From contig NC_087437.1 in NCBI RefSeq assembly GCF_036321535.1, positions 88,724,001 through 88,788,000 of the forward strand: a stretch of DNA of 64,000 nt, written 5' to 3'. The position numbers and the translations under genes were made by a program. Positions 12,802 through 25,813 of this stretch are shown here, piece by piece (position 1 is the first letter of the stretch; every line of letters begins with the position of its first letter). The notes beneath the pieces were generated by a model. The model did no database searches and had not been told where the DNA came from. It saw nothing but the letters and a program-made list of their open reading frames with translations. The stretch comes from Camelus dromedarius (lineage: Eukaryota).

Positions 12802-15800
12802 ATAGTACTGTTGACTATTCTCTAATATTCTGCAGTTTCTTGGGTGGAGTTAAGGTCATCTGGTAACAAGCAGTGTACTCTATTACCAATAATGTTTTTT
12901 TTTCTTTTTCCTTTTGATGTGTAGAATTTGTAAACTTTTCATTTTGATCTTAACATTGATGTCAGACATTGAGGAGGGAGAAGGTATAGAGATCCAAGCC
13001 TACCTTTGCACCAGGATGCCCAGACCCATTTGGATAGAACTTTCCTAGGTCCTTATGGGTGGGTGCCGCCTGTCACAATATGTCAAACGACATCTCTAAG
13101 TGGGGCACAGTGTGGTCAGTGCCATTCCAATATTGCCATTGGTCAGATTCTGGCATCGTTGCAACTACAAGAGGTCATAATTATTAAAGAAGGAGGAGAC
13201 TATAGTCCTGATTAAAAAAAAAGTATGCAAGGTATTTTAGCATGTGTGTAGTTTTGATTGCTTAAAGAAATATAACAATTCGTAATTTTTTAGCAAAATC
13301 TTTTACTAGCCTTTAACAGTTTATTGATTCCACAAACATCCTAATACCATTTCTAGTCCTCTACAGGTTTCTAGGTGTTGGTAGTGCCTAACTAAGGCAC
13401 GAAGAGTTTGCTTAGTTCTTTCAATAACGTCTGGACCTGAATTTCCTTGTCGCTTTTTTTCTTTTTAAGTGAAGGGAAGAAACATACAGAGGGAATATGG
13501 AACTATAATTTATAAAAGGTTAAGGAGGAGAATTCCCTGACCTCTAATGTAAAATAAAAAGCAAGAAATCTGAAAGCTCCTAATGTTATTGCCATGTTTA
13601 AGGCATTTCTTCTCTTTCTGTTGCTATTCCATTTTGCTTTGTTTTCCCAGAATGGCTTGCTACTTGCGGGCAATTGTCTGGAAACGATAGGAAATTATTT
13701 TTAAATTGTAGGCATCAATATGTTACAAACCTTTCACATTAGGCACTGGCTTATATAAATTTATATATAAAAAAGAGTTATATTGAAAGGAGCCAAATTC
13801 AAAGAGAGTTTGAATCATCCAAACATTTTAGACAGTCAGGAACTCAAAGGTTCTTGTACTTATAAACACGAAGACTAGTTTAACAACAGGCTTTGTTTTA
13901 CATGAGATTACTGCATAAATTACTCCCTAGAACTCAAAGAAATTTATTACTGCACCCTTCCCTACAGGAATATTTTGAAGGAAAACTAATTAACAGTGCC
14001 TTACAAATACCACAAAGCTGTAGGAACATCACAATGTCATCATCGACAGCAATCCTATCCTAATGTACTTTGGATGCTGAACTCATCTTTGGCGGGGAGA
14101 GCACACAAGGTGCATCCTGCTTGGAAGTCATTGTTAGAAGATTTGTGAGGGAAAATATATTTGCCTCCCACACGGTCTATGGTTCTTGGGCCTTTGTATT
14201 TCAAAGATGAATAAATAGCAAAGCAAAGCTAAGGAAAAAAAAGGAAAACAGAAATATGTTGCAAACAAGTAATTTAACCAAAATTAGTGCCTTAAATAAA
14301 TCAGTTACTATCACTGCCATTTCTATAAGGATTATTATCATTCCTCAAAAGAAATGACATGTTAACACAAAACAGTAAGTAGAGAAAATCTCTAATGTGA
14401 TGCAGTGCTAAAGATCACCTCACGCAGAGTCTCACGGCTATCAGTAAGCTACTTTCACTGTCAGACCATGTGAGTGATGTAAGTTTCCTCTTCGCCTTTT
14501 TTTATGTTTCTTTGTTTTTGTGTTACAAATGGAATATAACTAACTACAAGCTGGTAAAAACTTCATTTCAAATCATAGTTCAGGAATAACACATTGGGAA
14601 CGTTTCCCTTGGTGGAAGTGGCCGAAGGGCTAAGATTTCTGATTCATCTTCAATTTAAGCCTGTGGAAATGTAGTGAATTAGAATCTAGCAGAATTCGTT
14701 ATATAGATTGTGGCTTCAATGAAGAAAGGAGTGGTAAGATTTTTATTCTTTTTTAAGAATTTATATTCATAAAGAATAGTGTCTTCATGACACTATTCTA
14801 AAGTAATAATAAATATTTACCGTAAATAGGATATACATTCAAAGATAGACCAACATCCTCCATGGAGCCTTGTACATCACCTTCTTAGTGAAACTAAGAG
14901 TCACACTTACTTGGAGGGTGGGAGGATGGTGGCATTTCTCTGGTTAACCATGTCGCTCAACTGTACTATGAAATATTGATGCTAATCATGTTCTCAATTG
15001 CTGAGATACTTGCTCCTTCTTAAAACTTCTTCTGCAGAGGATATAGGCACTTTCAAGAGGGAATAGAAATTAAGTCGTTGAAAATTTTTCACCAATGAAT
15101 GTATTATATGTATGTTTAATTAGTCATCATTTGAGATATTTGAAGCAATAATTATACAATAATGCTGGGTTCATGTAACAATGGATCCCTTGGGAGCTCA
15201 TAAAATATAATGCAATTTAAAGTATATTAAATATATTCATCTTCTGAGGATAAGAAAGCATACTGCAAAATCCAAGCTAAAGCAAAGGCCAATTCAACAA
15301 ATTAGTCTTTAGGATAAAATTTGACTTTATGTGCTCATTTTGAAAGATGATTAGAAGTACAACTGGAGGAAGAAAGACAAACAATGCTATTCTCTCATAG
15401 CATAATTATTCTATGTTAGGGGAAATAAAATAATAAAATATTTAAAATATGATATTTGAAGCACTCATTAAAAGAATGATAATCCCTTGGTTTCCATTTC
15501 ATGAAACTTAAAAAAATCAGTACATTAGGATACTGAATAAAAATGAAGTAGTACAATAGCTATTATTTGGCTGAATCAAGCATCTAATACAATGCTGGGC
15601 ACTTAGTAGGTATTTATGTAGGTAAATACATGCTTAATGAGGGAATAAATAAAAAGGCAATTGAGTTCATTTCTTACTTGTCTGATAGTGTTTCTGTGTG
15701 TAACATTACGCAAATGACCTGAGATTTAAAATTGATTTTCAAACTTTAAGGCCTTAAAGTGAGCATAGAGATACATCTACTCATAAGAAACTCATAACTA

Positions 15801-16771
15801 TATAATTTTTAAGTGTGGAATCGAGAAAGTAGGAAAGCAGTTTATTCCTGTTACCAATGACTTACAGTTAGGGAATTTTCAGTCCATGTTACATTTCATG
15901 GGATAGAAATTTTATGTTTATGTTCAGTAAGCCATGTAAAAAATATACATTGCAAAACTGAAAATTCAGAATTTGTTGTGGAAAACTTGGCCACATTATA
16001 AATCGCCACAACAATTAGAGACAAAGGAAGCGAATTTCTACAGGGGAATAAAAACTTTCTGTCCTCTTGAGAACAACAAGTGAATGATTGCCAAAGGAAA
16101 TATCAATTGTAATGTATCTGTATGCTGATCTCTAGGATATATAAACTGGTTTGCTAAAAAAGCAATAACATAAATCTTCTTATGAAGCCTTTTACTATCA
16201 ATAGCTTTTGAATGCAAAATAGGGGATTCTTTTTCCTGAGAACATATCAATCATTTTAGTCTGGGTAGGAGTTACTTTTCCAAAGCAGTTTCATTACAAG
16301 AATGTATCTTGAAGACAACTTTATAGAGAACTTGAAGGCATCTTGTCTCCATGCAGTGATTTGGACTGATGCTGCATTTTGCTGTACTGCCTACTGACGC
16401 ATAGTAATATATATTAAACTCTAATTGGAAGATAGTGAGCTAGAAAGATACAAACTGCTTTTACAGAGTATTTCTACAGGGCAGAGAGGCATACAGTAAT
16501 ATATGTCAATAATAATAGATTTTAATTAATTAATATTTTATCTCAAGCAACATTGTTTACTTTTATCATTTTAAATGGCCATATATCTAATGCCAAATAC
16601 TTAAATACGAACTGAAGAATCTATATTATTTATTACTACTGTAATGGATTTTTTATAAAATTTATAAAACATTTGACTCGTGGTTATCTGCAGGAATTAA
16701 GTAGGCAGAGTGAGTCCACAAAAAATTCTAAAGAGTCAATATATGCTTGTTAATTTTGTTTTCAACTACAT

Positions 16772-18335
16772 CAGGAGCCTGCAAACTTTTTCTGTAAAGA
16801 ATCAGATAGTAAATATTTTAGGTTTTGCTAGAAAGAGAAAAAATTGAGGATATTACGAAGGTATTTCTGTAACAAGAGAAAAAATGTTTTGCTAACTTTT
16901 ATTGGTTAAATATAAAATATAATAATCTAGTACAACTATAGAATTCTTTTAATAAAATTTTATTTAATTGGGATTCAGGGTTAGTCTTTCCCAGCATAAA
17001 AATTGATTGCAAATGCTCATATGTTAATGCTGATCTGGGGTGAAATTTTATGGATTTTGCCTTTGAAAATGGCTTGTCACATACAGAGGTAGGTACTGCC
17101 AAATACCGTCAGCCCACCAGCATATGATTTTTAGTGCACATATTTATGCCTTACGAGGCATTTATAGACTTCTATTGAATCCTTCTCTTGATATTTGTCT
17201 TTTCTTATGTCATTGCATTGTGAAGTAATCGTTCCCAACTGAAAGATTAGGCAGAAGCTTCTCAATTGGAAATTTTTGAAGTAGACTTTGAAATAAATTT
17301 TTTTCTGTACTTAACATTCCAACGTGAAAAATGCTGTTGGAGCCGCAGTTTGATCTTTAAAAAAAATCTGCTCCAAATATTTATGGGAAGAGAGATCTTT
17401 CTTCTGTTTTAACTTTTTACAGCATAAGAAATGAACAGAGCAACTAGATAATACTAACGATTCATAGAACATGAGTTGACCAAATGACTCGTATGGTGTA
17501 AGCTCTACATATAAGCACTATTTCACCGAGCATTGTATGTTTCTTTATTAAGAAGTATTTTTGAATCTGTAGCAAAAGCTAATTCCCAAGGCTATTCAGT
17601 GGTCATGAACATAGGCCAACGGCAATTCTTCTCATTAAGAGCAATTTTCCAATCTTGCCCTTGAGCTGAAAAAAATGGCAAGAAAACATCATGAATGCTA
17701 ACCCATCAAACTACTGAGTGGTAACAAAAGTCAGGTTATTCAGCTCCAATTTCTGACAAAAAAGATCACAGAACTACCTACCAGAGTGAATGAAATTCAC
17801 CAATGACAATGCTGGTTTAATAACACATGATAGATTCAAATATTTTATGGAAGGTACTTTCTGATGAATAATAAAATGAAAAAATACAGACTAAAACACT
17901 TTATATTTCACATATTTTATAAATGTATCCAATTTTTTTTTCTGCTCCACACATTTTTCCCAGCATCAGTTGAAATATGTCTTAGCAGATTCTACTTCAG
18001 GTTGTACTGAATTAGTATTTTCTCAACTTCTTTAAAAATATTCTGATACACAGCTGTTCTAAGCAGACTACTGATAGAGAATTTTTTAGTCACTTCAAAC
18101 TGGGCATCAACTCCTCACAGGGATAGCTGAGCATTATTAGTAACATCTGTCTATTCATTTAAAGACACTGGAAACTTTGTTCTTTAGGTGATTGTTAGTG
18201 CTGCTCTCAACTCTTCAAGCAACCATCCTTGTGCAAAGGACAATCAATTAAAATGTAAATGTATATTTGCCATACCTTGCTTTCTGGCAGTACGAAAATA
18301 ACCTAGATTTGGCCCATTTAGTTAGCTGACGTTTG
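16772..18335 (-). mobile_element. Cheshire-type hAT-Charlie DNA transposon, internally deleted, with transposase remnants
   Basis: MER58-like termini ('caggagcctgcaaactttttctgtaaag' and 'gatttggccc...agttagctgacgtttg'). Degenerate 8-bp TSD aactacat/cactagat. Minus-strand ORF 16899-17102 (FSKAKSIKFHPRSALTYEHLQSI) resembles the hAT C-terminal dimerisation domain. Confidence 0.85.
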
Positions 18336-18414
18336 CACTAGATGATACTGATTTGAAGAGATGTACAGTTCTTGGCACAGAATGGACCCTTGAAAAGTGA
18401 CTATTAATTAAAAG

Positions 18415-18550
18415 TGTATATATATACACACACACACACATATATATGTGCTATATATACACATACAAAAGTATATATATATACTTTTTAAGTGTATATG
18501 TACACTTTAATGTATATATACATATAAAAATATATACATTTATATATGTT
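18415..18550. repeat. Degenerate (TA)/(CA) microsatellite
   Basis: Runs of tatata and cacaca are directly visible. Confidence 0.85.
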
Positions 18551-18647
18551 AATACAGGCTAATTTTGTTTTGTTTTGTTTTTTGTATGAGTTCTAGTAAA
18601 CACAGATACAAATAGAAATATAAACCACAAAATCCCTCTTTTGGGGA

Positions 18648-19250
18648 CAGGATTTTGTGCTGGAGATGACTCAGACTAGCTAACCAGAGTCGTGTTAAAA
18701 TTACTGAAATTTCTGAACCACAATTAAATTATATATACTTACAGTTAAGTGAATTTTACTTAGAAAGGTAATAGTTACTCAAATTTCATCTCTACATAAT
18801 TATCTCACTAAATTTTGCTGTTGTCTGTGTTCTTGCGGTTATTTATGTCTATTGTATCTTTATGATAAAAATAAGAAGCAAAGGTGTGCAACTGTGAATT
18901 TCTTCCCAAACCTGTATTCAGTGACTACACATTGTAAAAGTTAAAATGGGCTATGATGGGTATTTGCACACAGTGCCAGGCAAATACTACAAATCAGGGC
19001 TTGACTTATAGTTTCGTTGATTTTCTAGACTTAAGAAATTAATGGAATAGGTTCTAATAACACAGATTAAATGTAAACATGTGTTGGGTCTGTAGTCATA
19101 CTGTGGACAGTGCCCACATATACAAATCACACTGGAAAAGTATTATCCAAATCAATAAGGAAATCGCTCAGGTCATACAGTGAAATTCTGATGTACATCC
19201 TTGTTTCACTTGCTTTTACTAATTACTGTGCTTGAAAATATCAGCCCACC
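18648..19250 (+). mobile_element. MER63C/D (hAT-Blackjack) relic, truncated on the right
   Basis: 'tgtgctggag', 'aattaaattatatatacttaca' and 'caaatactacaaatcagggcttgacttatagtttcgttgattttctagacttaagaaa' match recalled MER63. Confidence 0.8.
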
Positions 19251-20262
19251 ATTGGTCCCTGAGGCTGCCTGCTTGGGCACTGCCAGGCTGATCCTAGCTT
19301 GGTCACCATCACCGGGTGTTTGGGGTGTCTATTAAAGTCACGACTACAGAGGAAGAAGGGGGATACCACAAAGGAAGAGCCTTCCCGGAGCTGATCCCTT
19401 GTCTTTGTCTTTGTCTTAACAGCGCATCTCCCAGCGTGCAGGGAGCCCTCTGTAAATATCCGCTTAGCAGAAAGTGACAACTAAGAACTTGATCCCTCGG
19501 AGAAAGAGAGGGGCAAGTGGCAGGGTCAGCAGGGTCATGGGGCTTCCTGACACGCAGTCCGAGACTCTTGGATGTACATTCCTCCCCTCCTCCGGGAATG
19601 GCTGTCACCTCTGTCACGCGCTGCCTTGAGACTGACCAAATGTCCAGCACAGGTCCCAATCTCCCATTTTTGACCCTAGGAGTGTCCGTGGCAGGCCTGA
19701 TGGGCTCGGGAGGGGCTGGGCAGGATGGAGAGTGAGGGTAGGAGCTGCTGCTGGACCCCCGGACTCCCTCCCACCCCCGCGCTGTCCGTCTGCCCAGGCC
19801 CTTTGCTGCTCTACGCGCGTCTGGAGCCAGGGCAGAACACGCCACTAGGGCCACGTGCCTCCCTCAGTTTGCTTCCTAGGCTCTCGGTTTTCCTGACCCA
19901 AGCCTGGCCTTTCAGCAGGGAACTTAACCCTTTCTTGGCAGCTGGGAGCCCCTAAGCTAGGAACTTGCCCTTTGCCCTGCAAGGCAGCCACAAACCTCCT
20001 GGTCCAACCTGGCCAGGATGAGGGGACAGCTCCGCCATGATGGACGCACCGGGACTCAGGGGAGGCGACTGGGAGCTGCAAGTGCTGGGCAGAGAGCTGG
20101 CACCTTCCAGACCGTGGGTCCTCCTCAGGGTCCTCCTCAGCCACGTGGGCTTAGCGGCTCTCAAAACCTTCTTTTCAGACACCGAACAGGACATGAATTA
20201 ACCAGAAATCCCTCTGCTCTGTCCTCCAGAAGGGGCTGAGCAGCCGACATGGGATCTCAGCA
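19251..20262. other. GC- and CpG-rich ~1 kb segment of unknown origin
   Basis: Abrupt switch from AT-rich to GC-rich composition at both ends; no recognised repeat; no credible ORF. Confidence 0.7.
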
Positions 20263-20713
20263 ATATATTTATATAGAATATTACTTATCCATAAAAAAGA
20301 ATGAAATACTGACATCTGCAGCAATAAGGATGGACCTGGAGAATTTCATACTAAGTGAAGTAAATCAGACAGTAAAAGACAAATATTACATCACTTATAT
20401 GTGGAATTTAAAAAATAATACAAATGAATCTGTATACAAACCAGAAAGAGACTCACAGACATAGAAAACAAATGTATGGTTACCAAAGGAAAGGTGGAGG
20501 CAATAAATTGGGAGTATAGGATTAACAGATGCAAACTACTTACATAAAATAGATAAGCAACAAGGATTTACTGTATAACAGAGGGAACTATATTCAATAT
20601 CTTGTAGTAACCTATAATGGAAAATAATCTGAAAAAAATATATAACTGCATCACTTTGCTGTACAACTGAAACTGATACAATATTGTAAATCAACTGTAC
20701 TTTAATGAAAAAA
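20263..20713 (+). mobile_element. 5'-truncated L1 3' end
   Basis: Colinear with the L1 at 6365-6810 (IYIEYYLSIKKNEIL...MDLENFILSEVNQ); A-tail. Confidence 0.95.
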
Positions 20714-20714
20714 G

Positions 20715-20988
20715 AAGTGTGGGCTCTGCTCTGCCTGCCCTACTGTGTTTGGGACACCCGCTGTAAGAAGATGTCTACGTAGCTCTTTTATCCTGGGCCT
20801 CTGAATAAGAAACAGATCTGACTGAAAGAAGCAGACCTGAAACCCAAGCCCAGCCAAGTCCAGGGTACTGATGGAAAGAACTGTGTTTGAAAAAGTAGAT
20901 GCTTATTGTTATGAGCTCCTGAGATTTGAAGATTGTTTGTTATGTATGTTATGTGTTGTTGTTACCACAGTGAAACCTGCCTAATACA
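20715..20988 (+). mobile_element. 3' part of an old MLT1 (H-K type) LTR
   Basis: Ends 'gcttattgttatgagctcctgagatttgaagattgtttgttat...gcctaataca'. Confidence 0.6.
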
Positions 20989-21295
20989 CATTCACAGGAA
21001 AGAACTGTCCCATCCAAATGCCCTAAATGCCTGCCATCTCCTGACCTAAAAACACTGGAAAGAGTAAATGATGCAAAATGGGTCTAGTCTCAGAAGACAT
21101 GGACACATGGGCTGGATACGCACATTCAACAATCACATACATAATTATATAATTGCACATTGTCGTAAGTGTTAACAAGAAAAAACAGAAAAGCATAGGG
21201 TGTGAAAATAAAGAGGAGCAGGAAGAATTAATTTCAAATGGGAAATCACTGAAAGCTTCTTCAAATACTTCTTATTTCGAACATGAAGTAGTAAG

Positions 21296-21356
21296 AGAAG
21301 AGAAAAAGAAAAAGAAAAAGAAAAAGAAAAAACATAAAGAAAAAGAAAAAGAAAAG
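21296..21356 (+). repeat. (GAAAAA)n polypurine tract
   Basis: Directly visible. It explains the poly-Lys ORF at 21153-21365. Confidence 0.95.
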
Positions 21357-21429
21357 CATTTCTAGCCAAAGGAGCAGAGTGAGCAAAAGAGAAGAAGGAG
21401 TTTGGGCCCCTCAAGGCACTTGCAGGAAC

Positions 21430-22400
21430 CCAGTGAGGGGTTTAATGGGTTTTCTGCTGAGCACAATGCAACCCATGAACAAATATTTCTTTTAAACTAA
21501 AATTTATTTACATAAACATATTAGTCTCATAACCAGAATATATTCAGCCTTTGTTATACACAAATAAATAAACTTGAAATTTTGAATATCTCCAGATGTG
21601 ACAATGTTCCTGTAAAACTCTTACCAGAGTCTATGTTACAGGGGATTTTTAAAATTCCATCAATCAAAATACTATCCATATACTATCTACAAATAGAAGA
21701 AAAGAAAATAATTTACTCAAGAAACTCACTCTTAAATAAACGACCACTATGAAATGCTATCCTAAGAAGTATATTTTTGTATGATAATTTTAAAAATGTA
21801 ACGGAAACTGAAAATTTAATTTCTGAAAGTTATACTTTTTTATTTGAGGACTTGGATAGTCACTTATCTGCCATAATGAAACTAAACAAGAGAAAAATTC
21901 CTCCTTTAGAAGAAACAAAAAATTGCTATGTTTCTGGGTCAACAGAAGAGCCTTGCTAAATATCAACAACAAAAATACTGTAATTACATTATATAAAAAT
22001 TAAGTGGAAATGTTTACTCATAAATTTCTCATTTATATAATATACATTTATAAATGACTATCCAAAAAATTATAATCTATGAAATTTCTATTTGAGCTAT
22101 TGTATAATCACTTAAATAATGGCAATAATGTCAAAATAAAATAAGTTCAAAATTATTTTAGAAGATCAAAAAAACTTGCTATATTTCTGGATTATTTTAG
22201 TAGAGTTGTTGACAAGAACAAAAATATTATAATTACACTATTTGCAAGTAGAGTTAAGATGAAGTAATTAACTTACAAAATTCACCTTTAGATCAAGTTA
22301 TAAACCATTTTCTTAAGAATTATGATTCTATCACAATTTCGTTTGAGTGAATGTATAATCACTTAATCGATAACAATAAAACTGAGAGAAAAAAAATCAA
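21430..22400. mobile_element. Probable Arthur1-like hAT-Tip100 relic
   Basis: Terminus 'cagtgaggggtttaatgggttttctgctgagcac' followed by very AT-rich decayed sequence; the right boundary is uncertain. Confidence 0.45.
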
Positions 22401-23525
22401 AATAACTTTAGCAGAGAGAGAAGAAAGTGTCTTACTGTGGTTCTGGATCTTCAGAGATAAGCATATCGGAAGGCAGAAATCAACCCAGAAGCTGAAACAC
22501 TTCTGTTTTCAAGATAAATGAGGGGGAAACTGAATTCAGCACTTGATGTAGAGACGTTTACTGACGTGGGTCGTGGAATTCCCTTGAAGGAGGGCATTTC
22601 TGGGGAGGTTTGTTCTTTCTTTCCAGGGTTGGAGGCAGGCCGGCAATCTTCTTCTTAGGAATTTCCGCTGGGCCCCTTCTGCAACATATGGCTTCTGATG
22701 GGAGGATAAGGTGGAGGGCCAGACCGTCCACTCCCGTGGGAGGGTTAAATCAAAGGCAGGTCCTCAGTCTCTGGCATGCAAGAGCATCAGGACAAGCTCT
22801 TTCTTTGCCACATGGAGGAGCTGCTGGATCTCCTTCTGAGGTTGTAGGGGTGACATCTGGTCCCTACCAGTCATGAACCATGGATCCCATCCCATTACAG
22901 CATCATATTCCTCCTTCCTCATGATCTGTCATACAGAGAATTGCCTAGCGGTATTCTAGGGCTATGCCAAATGTCCTGTTTAGAACAGCAGGGACATAAA
23001 GATACTTTTCAAAACATTCACGTTAAATACTAAGTCAAAAAAAATTTGGCTGAAGTTTCCATTTTTTCTTTCTTAAACCATCAGTGTTACTCTCAACCAT
23101 CAGTATTCCATACCTGTTACCCTGGGCTTTTCTCTCATGGGAAATACTTTGACATTGATAACTGCCATTGATTATTTCCAATTTTTCTGAAAGATTTTGA
23201 CTTCTATTTTGTATGTGTCCAGCTCTTCACATGTGTGGCTGATCTATTACTTTGGAAAGATTCTCTTCTCTTTTGTGGTAAATTCACTCTAAATTGAATA
23301 TTTCATGAAGATGCATTTTTTTTCCTTCTTAAGGCAGTTCTGGAGGGACAAATTTTGAGCTGGAGTATTTGCTTTTTACTTTCTAACTGTGGTTTTCTGA
23401 TTGCAGCAACCATTTCTCCATTTGGAGACTTTTCATGTGATCTTTAAGTGCACTGAGTATCCTGTCTTCTTCAGTTAATTTAGTATACATTGGTTTCTGT
23501 TTTCCTCCAAGAATTTTTAAAGAAG

Positions 23526-23975
23526 TGCATGAATTTCCTATGGCCGCTATAACAAATTATCACCAACTTAGTGGCTTAAAACAACATAAATTTATTATCT
23601 TACAGTCTGGACTGCAGGAGTCTGAAATTAGTTTCACTGGGCTAAAATCGAAGTGTCATCCAGGGTGGTGTTTCCTCTAGAGGCCAAGGGAAAATTCATT
23701 CCTCATGTTTTACAGCTTTTGAGGCCCCCTACATTCCATGCTCATGGCCACATCACTTCAACCTGTTTTTCTATCATTTCCTTTTATAACTCTGACACTC
23801 TTGCCTCCCTCTTTAAGGACTTGTGTGATTACATTGAGCCCACCCAGATCATCCAGGACACTCTCCCCCATCTCAAGATCCTTAACGTAAGCAAATCTGT
23901 CAAGTCCCTTTTGCCATGGAAGATTCTGGGGATTAGGGCGTGGACATCTTTGGGGGGCCATTATTCAGCCTACTT
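23526..23975 (-). mobile_element. MLT1C/D-type solo LTR
   Basis: 'gctataacaaattatcaccaacttagtggcttaaaacaaca...gattacattgagcccacccagat...ggacatctttggggggccattattcagcctac'. Confidence 0.9.
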
Positions 23976-25290
23976 TATTTGGCCATATCAATCTGTTTCT
24001 TCTAAAATTCTACTACAAGATTTCCATTTCTGATACATTTGTTTTATGGGATTCCCAGCTCTCACAATCCATGTTGTCTTTTCTAAGAACAGATCACTGT
24101 TAGCAAAATTCACTCAGAAATATGATATTTTACTTTTATAGCTTACTACATGCCACTTCAGAGTTTTGTAGCATTACATTTTGTGTAATGGTCACTTCTT
24201 TTCTATCCTTCAACGTGTGGAAGTGACTTTATGCTCTCCTTAAGACTGAAGTTTTCATTCAAAGCATTTTAAAAAATGTTGTCTAAAGTTGTGCTTCATT
24301 TTTTTCTGACATATAATGAAGGTGGATTTAATTGCAGTTACTTGAAATTTTAAGAGTCGATATACCATTTTTCATTTAAAAAGAGACTCTTTTCATATTT
24401 GTCATTAGCCCAACTTGTTCTAAGCATTGATATTACTCTTCTTTCAGTCTTTTTTTAAGTTTCTTTTCTTGAGCTCAAGGAAAGAGAGATTCCAGGTCCT
24501 TATTAATGGCCTCCAACTTCTGTATTTCTATTAAAGTGTCCTTAAGTCTGGCTTGCATTAAACTTAATTCAATTCCTGCAAATTCCTCTTTATAACCATC
24601 TCACTCAAAGATGTGCTCTCATTCCTTCAGAAGGGCAGACAATCCAACGGCCAGTTCTTTGTCTCTAACTGTGTAAAGTCAGGCTCTAATGATTCTAGAA
24701 TCCTACTATTACTAAAATTCCTACCCTGTCCTACAGAAATCTTCAGGGATCTGGGGCTGGTCTAAGGTCTCATGTGAGTCCTGCCACCATCTGCCTCAGT
24801 CTCTCTAGGACTGATTGACTCAGAGCATCACAGCCGTCAGGTGACTCTCCATGGCCTCAGAGGCCACAGCTGAGCCCCAGCATGTTGCCAGGTCTGAGAA
24901 CTCTGTGGACACTCTGCCTGGAACCACAGCAGTGGCCAACATCCAGGACAGATCTTAGTGTGAGTGGCAGAAAGGGACAAGAACAGTAGAAGAGAACCCC
25001 CCAGCCTTCCTAACATGGTGACATGGACAGAGACCATATCACAGGACCCCAGGGGACAGACACTAGGCCCTCAGAGGCCAGTGATGATGCTGTAAGGCTC
25101 CAGCCTCTCCATCACTTCCCAGTGCCTCAAACACCCTGGGAATCCATGTTGCCTCACCTTTAAATCACTCAAGGGCAGTGGTTGGGATGCCCCATAGGTT
25201 GTGAAGCCCTGGTTGGGAGGATTTGCAGGTTGCCAACTATTGAATATATTTCATCGTCTCTTAAGTAATATTTTAATTCTGTGGCCCTTT

Positions 25291-25482
25291 TGAGACTGCC
25301 AGGTTTGGCAAATAAAGATACAGGGTATTCAGTTAAATTTGAATTTTATAAACAATGAATAATATTTTAATATTAATATGCTCTGTGCAAGAGTTATGAC
25401 ATACTTATAATAAAAAATATATATTGTTGTTTATTTGCAATTCAGGTTTAACTGGGCATCCTGTGTTTATCTGACAACTTTT
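25291..25482. mobile_element. MER53 palindromic hAT MITE
   Basis: Long imperfect inverted arms: 'gcaaataaagatacagggtattcagttaaatttgaatt' and 'aattcaggtttaactgggcatcctgtgtttatctgacaac'. Confidence 0.85.
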
Positions 25483-25617
25483 ATCCTGGAGGCATCATTC
25501 TATTCACAATAGGAACATAAAACTCGCTGCTCTCAGTTACTCTCCTTGTTTTGTATTTGACCAGCCTTGAAGGTGTATTGAGAGAAGGTTGTGAAAAATC
25601 CAAGAAAGGGTTTCAAC

Positions 25618-25813
25618 CAGTGGTGTGCTGGAGCCAGATCCTACTAGCAGGCTAGAGCTGATCGTAAGCATCTTTTCCCCACCCTGTGTTCAGCCTTGTC
25701 TCAGTCATAGCTTGAAACAGACCAAAGAAACAGACAAACACTAGGCATCAAAGTCGTGTCTACCCTTCAACCTCCAAGGTCCCCCTGACGGTTGTTGTGA
25801 CTTGCACACGCTG
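25618..25813 (+). mobile_element. MER63A
   Basis: Starts with the TIR 'cagtggtgtgctggagcc' and ends 'gcacacgctg'. Confidence 0.8.

Noticed and set aside
19309..19854. 181-aa minus-strand ORF and overlapping ORFs
   Set aside because: Stop-codon scarcity is expected in GC-rich DNA; there is no recognisable domain or exon structure.
21153..21365. Lys/Glu-rich ORF resembling a nuclear protein tail
   Set aside because: It is the translation of a (GAAAAA)n simple repeat.
23000..25150. Possible HAL1/L1M 5' region on the minus strand (similar impression at 48.4-49.0 kb)
   Set aside because: Too decayed for me to support a family or boundaries by eye.
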